64,000 nucleotides of DNA from Paraphysomonas bandaiensis (lineage: Eukaryota > Protista > Chrysophyceae): the NCBI GenBank assembly GCA_965644295.1, contig CBFFRP010000017.1, forward strand, positions 138,355 to 202,354, written 5' to 3'. Positions 25,401 through 37,879 of this stretch are shown one piece after another. The notes below the pieces were generated by a model that worked only from the letters and a program-made list of their open reading frames with translations, searched no databases and was not told where the DNA came from. How positions within the stretch are numbered: position 1 is the stretch's first letter; every line of letters begins with the position of its first letter. Both the position numbers and the translations under genes were made by a program.

Positions 25401-26556
25401 TGCGATTCAGTTGCACGGTGCCGTGCTGGATACGTCTGCCAAAGTTGAATTCGAAGGTAGTACGTATATCAATTTCTTATTAAGCTGATTTTGTTATATA
25501 GATGCGTGGAGACCTGTGAACAAGTTACTGCTATCAGACAGTAAAGATGCTGCCATGGATGAAATTGCATTTTTTGGTTCTGGAAAGCTCTCTTCGATGG
25601 AGTGTAGGAGTCGACTCGTGTTCCTCTTTTTGCGTGATTTCTTGGTCGGAAGTGTGCTGCAAATAGTCAGCTCTAAGGATCGAAGAGACAACAAAAAGCA
25701 AAGTGTTGTCGGAGTACACTGGAAGGCAGCTGGGTGGGTGTTGTATGTCTGTGCAAATGCAGGCATGTTCTGCTACATTATCATTTTTGCTGTTAATGAA
25801 GATAGACCGCGACAGCGTGCCTGGGTATTCACGTATTTTGCATACCTTATAATGGATATTTTCTTGGTAAGCGTGTTTTTCGTACTCTGGACCCATGTGT
25901 GTATACCCTTGGCAGCATCTAAGCCAGTCCAGCTAGCACGTGAAAACCTTGTACGCATCATATTGGATCTCCAGTCATCGGATCGTCCCCCTTCCACGTT
26001 CAATGCTGCCAAATATCTCTTCACATCACATCGCGTCGCATCGGCACTGACCAGTGTAGAGGAGCAGAGTGTCGTGATGCGGTTCGGCACAGTATGGCCC
26101 AAGACTTATTTTGAGTCGCAGCGCGTGGTCCTCCCTGGTACACATTCCAAACCGCTGGGTTGGTTTTATAGCATAGCGGCGGCCTGCGTAGCTATGCCTC
26201 TGTTTGTCCACGACTTTGTTGTAAGTCTTATACTCACTGCTGGGATTGGATACATCGCGATATTGCACGTACATCTCTTCAGAGTCAATCCTGGGTATGT
26301 GGTCATCCCCGCTGCCGGTGTGATAGCTCTTGTTTTCATCTTGGGAATTGTGTATGGCGCTGCGAGATACCCTGATGTTGCTTCACCTGCTGTACAACCC
26401 GCTCCAGCGGTACAGACTGTCCAACCACATACTTCAGCTCCTGAGGAGCAACTTGTTGTATCTGATTCTCCGGGTGAGTTGTTGGGATCGGAATCAACTA
26501 AAAGTCAAGATGCTCCCAGACGGGCGGAGAGCACAGATGCCCATCTGGGGGCTTAG
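19430..26556 (+). CDS. Giant REJ/PKD (polycystin-1-like) membrane protein (3 exons)
   Basis: Signal peptide MFLAALILYTIKSCHA in exon 1 (intron ~19482-19531); F/D/S-rich region, PTxxPT repeats, REJ-like region (DASSSYDED, TNSPP..G.F.V.P..G, WEDSDLPLTYEF), EGF-like repeats, GPS-like TTCRC and several TM helices. Intron ~25457-25501 joins the last ORF. Confidence 0.85.
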
Positions 26557-27414
26557 TTGCATAGCACTATGATGTGCTTAATATACACATTTACTCTAAC
26601 ATATGCGTCATTTATGTAGTACTCATAGATGGCATAGTTCAATAATATTTCAAAATATAATATGATTGTAGAGATAAGGATTGAAATGCAAAAAATAAAA
26701 CTAATTTATACTGTTTTGTGATAATATATATATAATGATACCGTTCAACATAATACTGCACAGTGCACAGTGTATCTGTGATCAGAACCAAAAATGGAAT
26801 ATACGTATGTTTCAGCTGCGGATTGATAATATTCTTCTATATTGGTGCACTGTTGTTGATTAAACATGTTGTATTCATTACATGATTGTGGCTGTAACAG
26901 AGCTGTGTAAGCGAGAAGCGAGGTATGTGATTTTAACCGATAGAAGTTGTATATATTATCAGATAGTATTATCGTAAACATAGTTCTACATACATTATTA
27001 TTGTACATTAGCACTTTATTTTAGATTCGCATTTCACTATTTTATTTAACATACATACTGTTTTTGTCACTTTGGGTGAGTAACCAGAGAAACCACCAGT
27101 TCAACCAATGCATAATATTATATCAGGATATTATTATATATTATATGGCAGACACATATACAAATTGCTTTACATTTTTCCAGATTTCATATTTTTATCT
27201 CGATTTTAAATGAATTTATTGAAAACGGTTGTACTAATTTGACTCTTAATGAGTTCTTTGTTCTAATTAGTATATCTATACTAAAACAAATATAAATTAC
27301 TTTTGAAGATCTTGCGTTCCAAGAAGCAAATTATAAAGAGTCTTGTAGGCATATATAGACTCTGAATGAGGAAGAGTGTATTACATTTTAAATTATTTCT
27401 AAAATATGGCAGGT

Positions 27415-27875
27415 GATATAGTTATATATTTATCCACGGGTAATATAAGGAGGCCATATATCCTCCCGTGCTTAATTTTGAAACGAGGACGAAAAGTTCC
27501 AAATTTTAATTTTGACAAGGAATGATACTCCTTATTTCTTAGAGTAGTTTAAATATCAGCTTTATCATCATGATTTTGAAACCCTAATATTTTGCCTCAT
27601 TCCGAGGGTGTGCCCTACTTCGTAGTAAAAAGTGCTAGTGCTGATTAGTTAATAAAATCTCAGCGTACTCTTTGTGCATCGGCACCAAGCAAGCTCTAGC
27701 TAGAGATCTACACTGTACTTGCACAAAAACCCAAGCATTCTAGAGGACAGGGACCCGGCCAATGTCACGCTAGGCCTATACTGAGTCGCTATTGTATAGC
27801 TATTATTTGTAGCTTACTTGCTGTTAGAGGAAGTAGAGGTGACTAACATCATTAGGAAAACAAATGAAAAATCTG
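27415..27875 (+). repeat. Interspersed repeat (Crypton-like), copy with a ~200-bp insertion
   Basis: Colinear with 52668-52910 (TAGTTATATATTTATCCACGGG..AAGGAGG..GAAACGAGGACGAAAAG..GATACTCCTTAT..ATTGTATAGCTATTA); 27590-27790 is absent from the other copy. Confidence 0.75.
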
Positions 27876-27974
27876 TCCCAACCAAGTATCGAAGCTGAAT
27901 GTCTTTTTTCCGGTGCTATGAGCGCTCTGTGTTGAACTCAATTCAGTTAAAGGAAACACTTTTTCGAGACAATA

Positions 27975-28280
27975 TATTAAGCTACAACCAACTCCTATAT
28001 GCACGTACTTGAAGTCTATCGCAAGTAGCTACCCTCCTGTATATTCTATGCTGCAATGAAGTACAGAACCTACATAACTACAAAGAAGTAGCTATAAAGT
28101 ATACAAAGAAACTGAAATTATAGTAGCTGTTAGAGATATGATTTGTAGAATAAATTTTGGTGTTGGTGATTGATGTATTAAGTATTTCCACAAAATCACA
28201 GTGCTACAGTACAATTTCTCTAGGATATCTCTCCAAACAGAATTAAGTCAGCTTTGTGCTACTACATGTATAATTAAACA
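27975..28280 (+). repeat. Diverged solo LTR of the copia element 2 family
   Basis: CTACAACCAACTCCTA..GTACTTGAAGT..AAGTATACAAAGAAACTGAAA..TAGTAGCTGTTA.AGATATGATTTGTAGAA aligns with the reverse complement of 58865-59171; 306 bp. Confidence 0.88.
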
Positions 28281-28842
28281 CAAATCGGGGATAATGCATT
28301 ACCAAGGTGGAGGACAGGATTAGGAATGTAGTCATCAAAATGAAGTACAGATGATTTGGGAAGAATGATAGAGCACAGGCAATAATGAACTCGAGTAACA
28401 TAAACGTTTTGGACATACATACCTACTGTCCTTCGGAAAAAGAGAAAGTAAGTTCGACTAGATAGATGATTATTTCATCTAAAATAATCTGCATAAGCAT
28501 GATACTTCGGTTCTGGTTTCTACATCTCTTAGTTTGAATACATTACACTTCTTACTTTGGTATAAAGTGAAAGCGTTTGGAGTTACACAGTTAGTATATA
28601 AATAGGTTTCTATTGTATATCATTTAAGGTACTTTCGTCTCACAATTTCTCGCTATATACCGCATACCTCAATATGATTTAAAAACATAATCCACAAAAT
28701 TTCGAGTGTACTACGCATAGTTATGAGCTCCACATAAATAGTACATGATGATATAACTACTGTCATATAGAATTGCTGTAGTATGCATACCCTGAATCAC
28801 AGATAAAAGAATTTAAACATTTGCACACCATACCAGCTTGAC

Positions 28843-30763
28843 TTAGGGAACTGTAGGGTCACGATGCTCCACAGTGAAATCGTCGATAGACATCGACGCA
28901 CGGGTGATGGAGTAGTGTAGCACAGTATTGTAAAACATTTTGAACTCCTCGAAATCAATTTTACCATCGCTTGACATATCCATCGCTGAAAATACTTCAT
29001 CAATGTTATGTCCACTCTTATCCATCTGTGCTATTAGTGGCACATAAAACTCGTCCTGAAGTAAACATCCCATAACGATTTTTAGCTCCTCCTTAGTGAT
29101 GTACCCCTTTTCTTCGATATCGAATATGTTGAAATACAGCCGCGCAGCTTCTTCGCCTTCCTGTGGTACAGCAGCCACCTCTTCCTCCGGTCGAAATGCC
29201 AACATCGTTAGTAGAAAATCTTTGGGATTTATCGTCCCTTTGCCGCGAGAATCGAAAATAGAAAAAACCTGCGGAGTAGCAAGCTCATGCAGACCACACT
29301 GATGTATAACCATCTCAAACGTCGCATAGTCTATTTCATAGGCATCGCTCGCTGCGTCAACATCCATATCCTCAGTCACTGACATTGAATCTGGTCCCCC
29401 GCTCTCACTCGAAGAAAACAAGGCGGCAGACTTCTTCGCCATACTTCCCATGACTACAGTTTTTAGAACTTTTAGTTTATTACGGAAGGCTAATAGCATA
29501 TCATTAGAGCTGTTGCCACTTCCACTGCTCATATCAGCTTTCCTATAATACAGACCAGGGGATGTGGGTGTGTCGTGAGGGATACGAGGGAGTGCTGAGC
29601 GGGTCGCATTTTCTCTGGCCTCGTGTCTACGCTTGTTGCGTTCATATCTTCGCTGCTGTTTCTCCAGCACAGGTAGTACCATTTTGAGACTATCTCTACG
29701 GAATTTATTTCCTTCTGTAATATTATTTTCTATAAAGAATGTCTTCATCTTCTGACGCAAACCAAGATGTTTGATTCTAAGGAGGTAGTCGGATCCGAGG
29801 TTCATATCTGGAGCAGCAACAGTGGTCACCCATGGATGGTTCAATATCTGTTCAGACGTAGCTCTCTGAGCTGGGTCTTTGACCAATATTCGTGCGACTA
29901 GATCCTTGGCTGCCTCCGATATACCCTCCCACCCCACCCCCGCCATTGGGAAGTACGTACCATTGACAATTTGCTGTGGATGTTTAGGGTGAAATGGCGC
30001 CAGACCACTCAACATGCAGTAGAGACACACCCCAGCTTGCCATATGTCGCTTGCCGGAGAGTAGACTTTATGTATAAGTGATTCTGGAGCTACAAATCCT
30101 GGTGTACCGTGCACCGAAGAGCTTTTGTGATAAGCCTGATCCGGCTGCAGTCGCACCATCATTCCAAAGTCAATAAGTTTGACTGCGGAACCAGGCAGCT
30201 TGCTCGTGAGCATAACATTTTCAAGCTTCAAATCCCTGAGTAATACTTAGAAGTGAGTTAAAACAATGCCCCTAGTAATGCATACCGATGTATGAATCCC
30301 ATATCGTGACAGCTCTTGAGAGCGAGGACAATTCCTCTGAATATGTGGGCGATATCTTTCTCAGATATTGCATCAGTATTGTCGAGTTTGTCGAAGAGCT
30401 CACCACCCTCCAAAAGCTCCATGACAATACATGGGTAGCTTCTGCGGTACTGTTTTCCAGGAACGATTCCTCTTGGGGGATCCATGAACACAGCCTCCAG
30501 CTGCACGATACCCATAACACCTTTCAACGACTGCAGGAGCTCAATCTCTGCTGCAATATCAGCTTCTTTCGGCTCCCTCTGAGTGTATCCGAAGAATTTA
30601 AGAGCAACGGCTCTATCGGCGCATGATTTCCACTTCGCAGCATACACTTTACCAGCTCCACCTTCCTCATAGCGTTATGTATACATACACACATGTACAT
30701 ACAGGTACCTTGCTGGATGTAGTTAGTGACTAAGAAATCGTGAGGAGAGGCAGTGGAAGTCAT
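28843..30763 (-). CDS. Ca2+-regulated protein kinase (CAMK/CDPK-like) with C-terminal EF hands (3 exons)
   Basis: Spliced Gly loop IQQGGAGKVY, VALK, HRDLKLEN (split by intron ~30236-30285), DFG, GTPGFVAPE, DIWQAGV; EF hands DSRGKGTINPKDF, DIEEKGYITKEEL, DMSSDGKIDFEEF. The start codon is approximate. Confidence 0.9.
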
Positions 30764-31289
30764 CAGGAGTATGAGAGCAGTATGTGAAGTCCACCAGGCA
30801 TCGATCTGGGAGGAGAGGGATGGAATTCTAACGGAGAGGTTGCTATATCTCCTCGAAGCACATACATACACTGCACATACACATACACATACAGATACTC
30901 CCCTGCATGCACGGAACAGATGCAGCAGTATACAGCAGGCCTATACAGCCACAGTGTGCACCAGTAACCAACACACAGCCGTACTGCTGTACATACATGT
31001 ACATATACAGCCAGTACACTGCTGTGTGTGTGGGGGGGCCAAAAATCGATCTACAGAAATTTTAAGGAAATTTTAGCTGTATACCTGGAATACAGTTCCG
31101 TATACCTGGAATGCAGCATAAGACTGTTACTGCTGTTGTTGTTGTACACATCATAGAGGCACACCCTCATACACAGCAGAGAGAGTTACTCCCACACGCA
31201 GTTAATGTTAGATCAAATGTCTGTGAACTCTGCGGAATAGTGTTCGAGATATTTTATATTGTTGTGACAATCATTGTGGTTTTGGATTT

Positions 31290-31688
31290 ATGGCGGCTAG
31301 GTTTAATCTTGTAATTGTTGTCTTAATAGTTGGGTCAGCTGTTGTTTTGTCGGAGAGACAATCACGGTATTGGCAGGATGGAAGTGGTGACGCTCCTTTT
31401 GCAAAAGTAAAATTCACCGAGAAAGTTTGTAAGTGTCCGGATAGCTTGAATACCACTCTCAATGGCTGCCAAAATACAACAAGCGGTAAATATTATGAGG
31501 AAAATTGTGATTATAAGCCATACTGGGGCATGGTATTCGTGTGGTGGGCCGGAGCAGCTTTTTTGATTGGTGCGGCAACAAGCAGTGGCTTACGAGTATG
31601 TACCGACGTATGGTCGACTTTTGTAGTTGTTTTCAGAAACAGCATATGCGGTAAACCCAATCAAATTTCAGATATTAGTAGTAAATAG
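31290..31688 (+). CDS. Small hypothetical membrane protein, possibly frameshifted at its 5' end
   Basis: 132-aa ORF with a hydrophobic N-terminus, Cys-containing loop and second TM segment; divergent from the kinase across a promoter-like region. Confidence 0.4.
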   Translation: MAARFNLVIVVLIVGSAVVLSERQSRYWQDGSGDAPFAKVKFTEKVCKCPDSLNTTLNGCQNTTSGKYYEENCDYKPYWGMVFVWWAGAAFLIGAATSSGLRVCTDVWSTFVVVFRNSICGKPNQISDISSK

Positions 31689-32286
31689 AGACGTTTGAAA
31701 GTACCTCAGTGATAATATTGTCGTTTGTTGTTCTCTTTAAATATTATGTATTATTGACTTGCCACACGGAGTTTATAGCAGTTGTGGTGTTCACAAATGC
31801 AGCTCCGCTCATTATCATTATACTCCGTATGTAACTGATGTAATATATAATTAAGATTTACTAATTCACGTATACCTCTTAACATATATTATACACGTGA
31901 ATACAACAAGATGCAATAAAATTACAAGTGACTGAATCATTATTAGACTAAATAATATACGTGACTGTCAAGATACGTTGCTATGTGATTGGTTCTAATT
32001 TCTAATTCGCAATTGCTTCACACCGTGTCTTGCTGTTTTACTATTTGGATGTATTCCTTATGTAATCTTCTAACTAATACGGAGTACACCTCTCACTTAC
32101 CACTACAACCAGCACTAAAACTTATTTATTTATGATATTTCTACAGTGTGCTCAATAATCAATAATACTGTCACTAATACATAAACGTATTCTCCTAATC
32201 ATGTTATGTGTAGAGCTTAGTTTAAGCGAGTATACTTTAAACGCATGTATCAACACTAACACTACACCACTACACACTACACTATA

Positions 32287-32948
32287 TGAAAGTTTATTAT
32301 TAACAGTAGCGTTAGTGAGTAGATAGATGAAGACTAGTCAGGCTAGATCGACCTCTACAAGTAACTAACTAGTACAAATTCGCATATCCTACTATTTAGC
32401 CCTACAGAAGCTGCTTGTGCGTCGCCGCAAGCACCAATGTGCAACGGCTTCCGTTCTTGTTTGTGAGGGAGAAGCTCTCTGAGGACGTAAGTCCTCGAAA
32501 TACAGAAGGATCAGTCAGGAGGACGCCCCTTAGGATGTGGCTCCTCAGGACTTTGTGAAGGAGGATTTTGTATTAGTGAGTCAAGTGTTCTTAACCTGAG
32601 ATACATGAACGAGGGGGTATGTTGGGGAACCCGCGTATCTGTGAGTTGGGCCTGGGGCAGAGAAGTAGCTGACGGAGACGGCATCGTGGTGTCTCTGCTG
32701 AGGCGGGGGTAGTGGAAGAGTAAGACGACCGGAGGGGCGCTATAGGTCTCCGCTCTACGCGTAGTAAGCGTAGAACCCGTGGCTTCCGCTGAGTGTTGCT
32801 CGATTTAAATCGTATATTGCTGCATTTTGGGCGTGAGCTGGGGGAAAACTACCGACTCCGCGTATGTTGCTTCGTGTGTGTCCACGTCGCTGACGCTGTC
32901 CAGGTGGGAGTCGTTGTGACTTCTTCGGGTTGATCTTGGAGCATTTGT
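32287..32948 (-). mobile_element. 5'-truncated non-LTR retrotransposon (KGRPPD family)
   Basis: 13-bp direct repeat ACACTACACTATA at 32274-32286 and 32949-32961; ORF end YLRLRTLDSLIQNPPSQSPEEPHPKGRPPD*; ~220-nt 3' UTR with AATAAA, followed by (TAGTG)n-like repeats; homologous to 48665-49114. Confidence 0.8.
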
Positions 32949-34575
32949 ACACTACACTATAAACCAGAATACAGTGTACAGTTTACGCCTCCGTTGGAGT
33001 GGGGAATGGGCACAAGTGCTAACATATCATGTTCTCAACGAGATTAGATTAAAATTGAAAGACTCATTGAAGTAAAGATTCTTATAATTGTGTTCAAAGT
33101 TAATATCACTGTTACAGACAACAGTGATAAAGTACTAAGACTTGGATGTGAAGTAGATAAAGCAACAATGATTACTAAACACTGAACATCACAAGTCCTT
33201 CTGGCGGCATTACAAATTCATTGCAATGTTGTGTATGTTGTAATTTTCAAGCTTCATAAATTGAAACTGATTAATCTAGTATATAGCAAATAAAAGACAA
33301 GGCAATTAGAACCGTATACAAGAGGAGTAGTAACGTGCAGATTCAATAGTTTCCTCACTTGCACTCCAATTTACGATTCGTTGGATTAGCTCTATCAAAT
33401 CACGAAAGTGACGGAGCTATCCAACCCACCTTCGAGTGCGATGAATTCTAATCTCTGTATCCTCCGCATTTTATTTAAAAAAAACTAGAAATCAGCAAAG
33501 AACAACAACTCATCGGCTAACACTATAGAAGAAATTATTTAGTGAGTCGTCACCCCAAATACCTCAGACTTCATAAAGGAAACTATGATTACTTATATGT
33601 TGCAATTGACATATCACACCGCTTATATACATTAGTCATCAAGCTCCTTACTCATCTTTTTCCCTTTCTTTCCTTTACCTAGCACGAAAATTATTTCACC
33701 AAAATCTGAATACATCTAAAAGCTCACCTTTTCTTTTTCCGCCGGGTCTATTCAGGTTCAGAGCTTTTTTCCTTTCGAGCCATTCACTACTCAATTCACA
33801 CTTACAGTTCGAGCAAGATTTCGGGTAAAAAGACATTCCAAAGCCAGATTCACAGGAGGATCCCTGGCAGAAGTGACCAGTGTGTGTGGAACAAATACAT
33901 TCATTCTACAAATCAAATCTTTCAATTGAAATATACAAATATATGCGTTAACGTACCGTTGTTTTCGTAACTGCACCGTTTTGACACCATGAACCTCCTC
34001 CAAGAAGCTCAGCCTGTGAGAGTGCCACCACTGCAAGTAATGCGAACCAAAAAAGCTGCATTCGTTGTAATCAATAGATCTAAACTGAATTGATACTAAA
34101 CACCGATGGAACAAGAGGCGGTGCAGTGCATATGTATGTATGTATGCATGTACCGGCAAATATTGTCAACATGCAGTCATTTATTCGGGCCATGCGTATA
34201 TCATGAAATTTCAGGATTTTTATATATGGAATATACAGAGTTCTAGCTAGATATCTGAACTTTCTAATGTCCAGATATGCGAAATCCCACCAAACATACA
34301 GCAGCAGGTACCAGTCATATTTTTCGGAAATAATTTGAAACCAAATTCGTCTATATTACTGCAGTACAACTACGCCTAGAATACAGATAATTGTTGTCTC
34401 AATATTAGAGGCATCTTGGAACAAAAATATAGAAACAAGGATACTAATACGGGAGACATGCAGGCAGATCAGATCAGTGCAGTGCAGTGCACAGAGCAGC
34501 TCTGATGCTCATTCTTACTCATACAGAATATGCGCACTGAACCAAACTCGTGAAAGTGTCATAGCCTCTATGTAC

Positions 34576-34619
34576 ACAGATAGATACTTCGAACAGATAG
34601 ATACTTCGAACAGATAGAT
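34576..34619. repeat. 17-bp tandem repeat x2.6
   Basis: ACAGATAGATACTTCGA repeated. Confidence 0.85.
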
Positions 34620-35301
34620 GTTAGCCATTTCAAGTGTTATATGTAGCTGCACTCCAAGTAGATGAGAGGATTCAATTCCACTGGAAATACATTCAGGTTG
34701 ATACAGTGTTGTAATGGAATGAAATTACTACAAGATATAAGATATCTGATTATTAAGATTCAGTTCAGTTTCGTAGTTTAGTTTTCTTTCGCACCATTAA
34801 TCAGATAATCACCACACCCTGTAGTACGAATATGTAAGTGTTAGATACTCAATTGCAAGAATTATAATCGTTACATAGTGAATCAAACACTTCACATCTC
34901 ATATTCGTGAAATAATGTTCGCTTGATTTGACATCTAGTTATTGGTTATGTTATATATTATACTTGCCAATCTCACATTAACATAAAATCCTATATAGAA
35001 TGAAGCTATGGGCAAACCACAATATGTAGACTACAATAAATCGCTCTAAACCTATCCCATAATCAAGTTACAGTGCTAACATACCTATAGCACAAAATAA
35101 TACGGCCAGCAAACTAAGTGACTAATCAATACTTTATTAATGTAGCAATCGGCTGTAGATGTCCAGATTGAACAACAACTATGATGTAGAGTAGCTGCAA
35201 ATAAAGTAGCTAAAGTATATCAACAAATCATTGTTATGAATTTACGTTTGAGAAAATTAACATTGGTTCACATGAAAATACGATCCTCAACAAGTTCAGA
35301 T

Positions 35302-36462
35302 TTAAACAAGAGTAGTTTGCGTATTGCAGTTCTCACCAGTGTATCCCTCAAAGCACTGGCAGAGACCAGTGGTGTAGTCGCACTTTCCACGCCTTCCGCA
35401 CTCATAGCTGTTGAGATGGGACTGTTGGTTCTCATAAACACGAGACTGAAGGGCCTCAACAGCAGTGGTCTCGAGCACAAGACCGGTGATCTTTGGTGTG
35501 CATCCTGCTGAGCACTCGAAGTCCTCAACCATCAGAAGATTCTGGGGTCCTTGTACGGCATCTCCAGTGAAGGTAATATCAACAGTCGTTTGGGGCCAGT
35601 CATATGCGACGGTCACAACACATGCATCGATAACCTGGTTGGGAAGACTGAGAAGGGCAAGATGGATATCATCTCTTAAGTCGACAAGATTGGCGGCATT
35701 GCCATTTGCGACGTCGAATCTAATGGGATAAGTCGTAAAAGTCTCATTGATTTTAGATTTAAAGGTGAGAGCAAAAGTCTGGGAGTCACGGTCTGTACCC
35801 GGCTGGCCCTGAAGTCTACGGGAGCTGACAGCTTCGTTGAGATCTTCGTCCTCCATGAAAATAATTCTCTGGATTTGATGATTGTCGTCACCCAAAAGGT
35901 TATTATCCTTGAGGTCAAGAACATCATTACCATGAGGGCACATTCTCTTAGAGCAATCAACGTCAGCGTACTGGGCGTCACAAACACATCCACGGGTCTT
36001 GGTCTTGTCCCAGTCGTAGTATTCAAGCTGTTTAGGGTAAGAACGGAAATCATAGCCGCTCATGTACTGGTTCCAAACAACACCAAAAGGAATATCTTCA
36101 ATGTACTCGCAGGTACCATGCCCTGAACAGTCGTTAGGACAGGTTGTGCGCTGGCAAGCTTTGCCCTCATAGCCGTCAAAGCATTCGCACAAGCCGCTAG
36201 ATCGGTCGCAAATCCCTTTTCCAGAGCACTCCGCAAATTTGTGAAACTCACCCAGAGCGTTGGGAGTATCCACCCAAGCTATATCAAAAGGGCAGATACG
36301 ATCTGAGCAATCACCAGACTCCATAGAGAGTCCAACACCCCAGTTATCATAGCAACTGCAAACATCATCGGCAAGGCAAGTACCGTGTCCACTGCAAAGG
36401 TTATCGCATGCAGCATGCAGAGTGGAGGCAGAAGCCAAGAAAATAGCAATTGTCTTAATCAT
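35302..36462 (-). CDS. Tubular mastigoneme protein (Ocm1/Sig1-like, EGF repeats)
   Basis: Signal peptide MIKTIAIFLASASTLHA; CSGHGTC, DCSDRICPFDIAWVD, AECSGKGICDRSSGLCECFDGYEGKACQR, WD...RGCVCD..Y..VDCSKRMCPHGND, and C-terminal ECGRRGKCDYTTGLCQCFEGYTG. Confidence 0.9.
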   Translation of the reverse strand: MIKTIAIFLASASTLHAACDNLCSGHGTCLADDVCSCYDNWGVGLSMESGDCSDRICPFDIAWVDTPNALGEFHKFAECSGKGICDRSSGLCECFDGYEGKACQRTTCPNDCSGHGTCEYIEDIPFGVVWNQYMSGYDFRSYPKQLEYYDWDKTKTRGCVCDAQYADVDCSKRMCPHGNDVLDLKDNNLLGDDNHQIQRIIFMEDEDLNEAVSSRRLQGQPGTDRDSQTFALTFKSKINETFTTYPIRFDVANGNAANLVDLRDDIHLALLSLPNQVIDACVVTVAYDWPQTTVDITFTGDAVQGPQNLLMVEDFECSAGCTPKITGLVLETTAVEALQSRVYENQQSHLNSYECGRRGKCDYTTGLCQCFEGYTGENCNTQTTLV

Positions 36463-37706
36463 AGTGAGCTCGGGTGCTATGTTATAAATGGCTCTTTCAA
36501 TAATGATGCAAATCCATGCACTGATTGCCTCACTTGTTTCCGTTTTGCAAAAAACCGTCAAAACAACTCTCATAAAATCTTGAATCGCCACTGTAGACGT
36601 ATCTTTAACCGACACACTACAGTGCACGAGAGAGAAGGCGGCCAATCACACAACGCCATCCGTATATATGTGTATTCCATCCGTATTAGTATGTATGTAC
36701 TGTATGTATGTATGCATGTATGTACGTACGTATGTAGGTAGGTAGGTACCTATATGTGTGTGGACATGTAGCTGTAGCAGTCAGTGTATGGAGTTCATAT
36801 TATGGCAGTGCATCAGTGTGATCAGTGTGAGGTCTGTCTGAAGGTAAATCAGTGACTCAGATTCTGACGACGACTACTTTGAACGCCTCTATGCGGCAGC
36901 CCCAGGAGACAATAATGACCAATCAGATGATGTGACTGATGGTGATGTTGATGGGTGTGGTGTTGATGTGTGTGTTGTAGAGGGAGATTATTTCGATCGT
37001 CTGCAGTTAGAGGGACAGAAGGACTCCATGTATGTCCTCCCTGAAGACAGCCCCATATGGTCTGCTCTGTCGAACAGCATACATAACAAGAGTCGTGTGA
37101 GAGTGATAGTGTCAGGAGAGGACATCAGCAGCAGCTGTGTGTCTCTTCAAGAGGACAAGTAACCCTACGACACTGCATGTGTCTATATGTGTCTCTATAT
37201 GGGTCGATGTGTGGAGTCAGCATCACCTTGATGGCGCGGGAACTTGTCTGATATATGTCTCTTATATTTCTGGGATACTTGTCCTGTATTGTAAGGGGTA
37301 GGCAAAGTCGTATTGTTATGGGTACTAGAGTTGTATAGTTTGTTTTCTTTGTTTTGTTTTAATAGTTCTATTATATTTACTAGTTTAGTTACGCGACACA
37401 TATACGTATCGTTAACTAAAAGCGTATGTGTTGAAAAAAAGGTCTCTCTGCGCGAGGTGCATAAATGTGATATATGAAGTCGTAAGGGACTCGTAAGTAA
37501 GAAAGAGGTGGCGTCAAGTATACAACCGGCGTTGAATGTGGCATCTACAGTGCCAGCGAAATTTAGTTATCGTAGGTTTAAATTGTGTTCTCTACTCAGT
37601 GAATAGAAATCCTTTCATCATATTTATTACTTATATAGAGTATTATGCGGAACTAAGTCTCTATGAAACTGCGCAAGAGAACGACTGTGAATGGAATTTA
37701 TTAGAT

Positions 37707-37707
<1 letters not shown>

Positions 37708-37738
<31 letters not shown>

Positions 37739-37780
37739 TGTATGTATGTATGTATGTATGTATGTATGTATGTATGTATG
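37708..37780. repeat. (TATG)n microsatellite, ~18 units
   Basis: Perfect tetranucleotide run. Confidence 0.97.
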
Positions 37781-37879
37781 AATTAATTCTTAAGTTTGAA
37801 TGTTTATTTTAATACCCTCCAAGCTGTAATATAATGTATGGTATATGGTATGCTCAAAGCTCAAATATCTTGGGAAATA

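Noticed and set aside
27970-28285. TSD or target specificity (ACAATA flank) for family-2 LTRs
   Set aside because: Solo-LTR flanks CAATA and CAAAT do not match, and two AT-rich sites are too few to claim specificity.
32478-32502. Hammerhead-like CTGAGGACGTAAGTCCTCGAAA in the LINE 3' UTR
   Set aside because: The spacing does not give CUGANGA-stem II-GAAA, it is antisense to the ORF, and the 48868-48890 copy loses both CTGA and GAAA. Only a hairpin is supported.
33791-34159. 122-aa minus-strand ORF
   Set aside because: Starts in a TATG repeat, includes intron-like sequence and has no recognisable domain.
36463-36645. Upstream extension of the mastigoneme ORF
   Set aside because: The signal peptide begins at 36462 and the extension starts at a non-ATG codon.
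37536-37781. ORF ending in (MYVC)n
   Set aside because: Translation artefact of the (TATG)n microsatellite.
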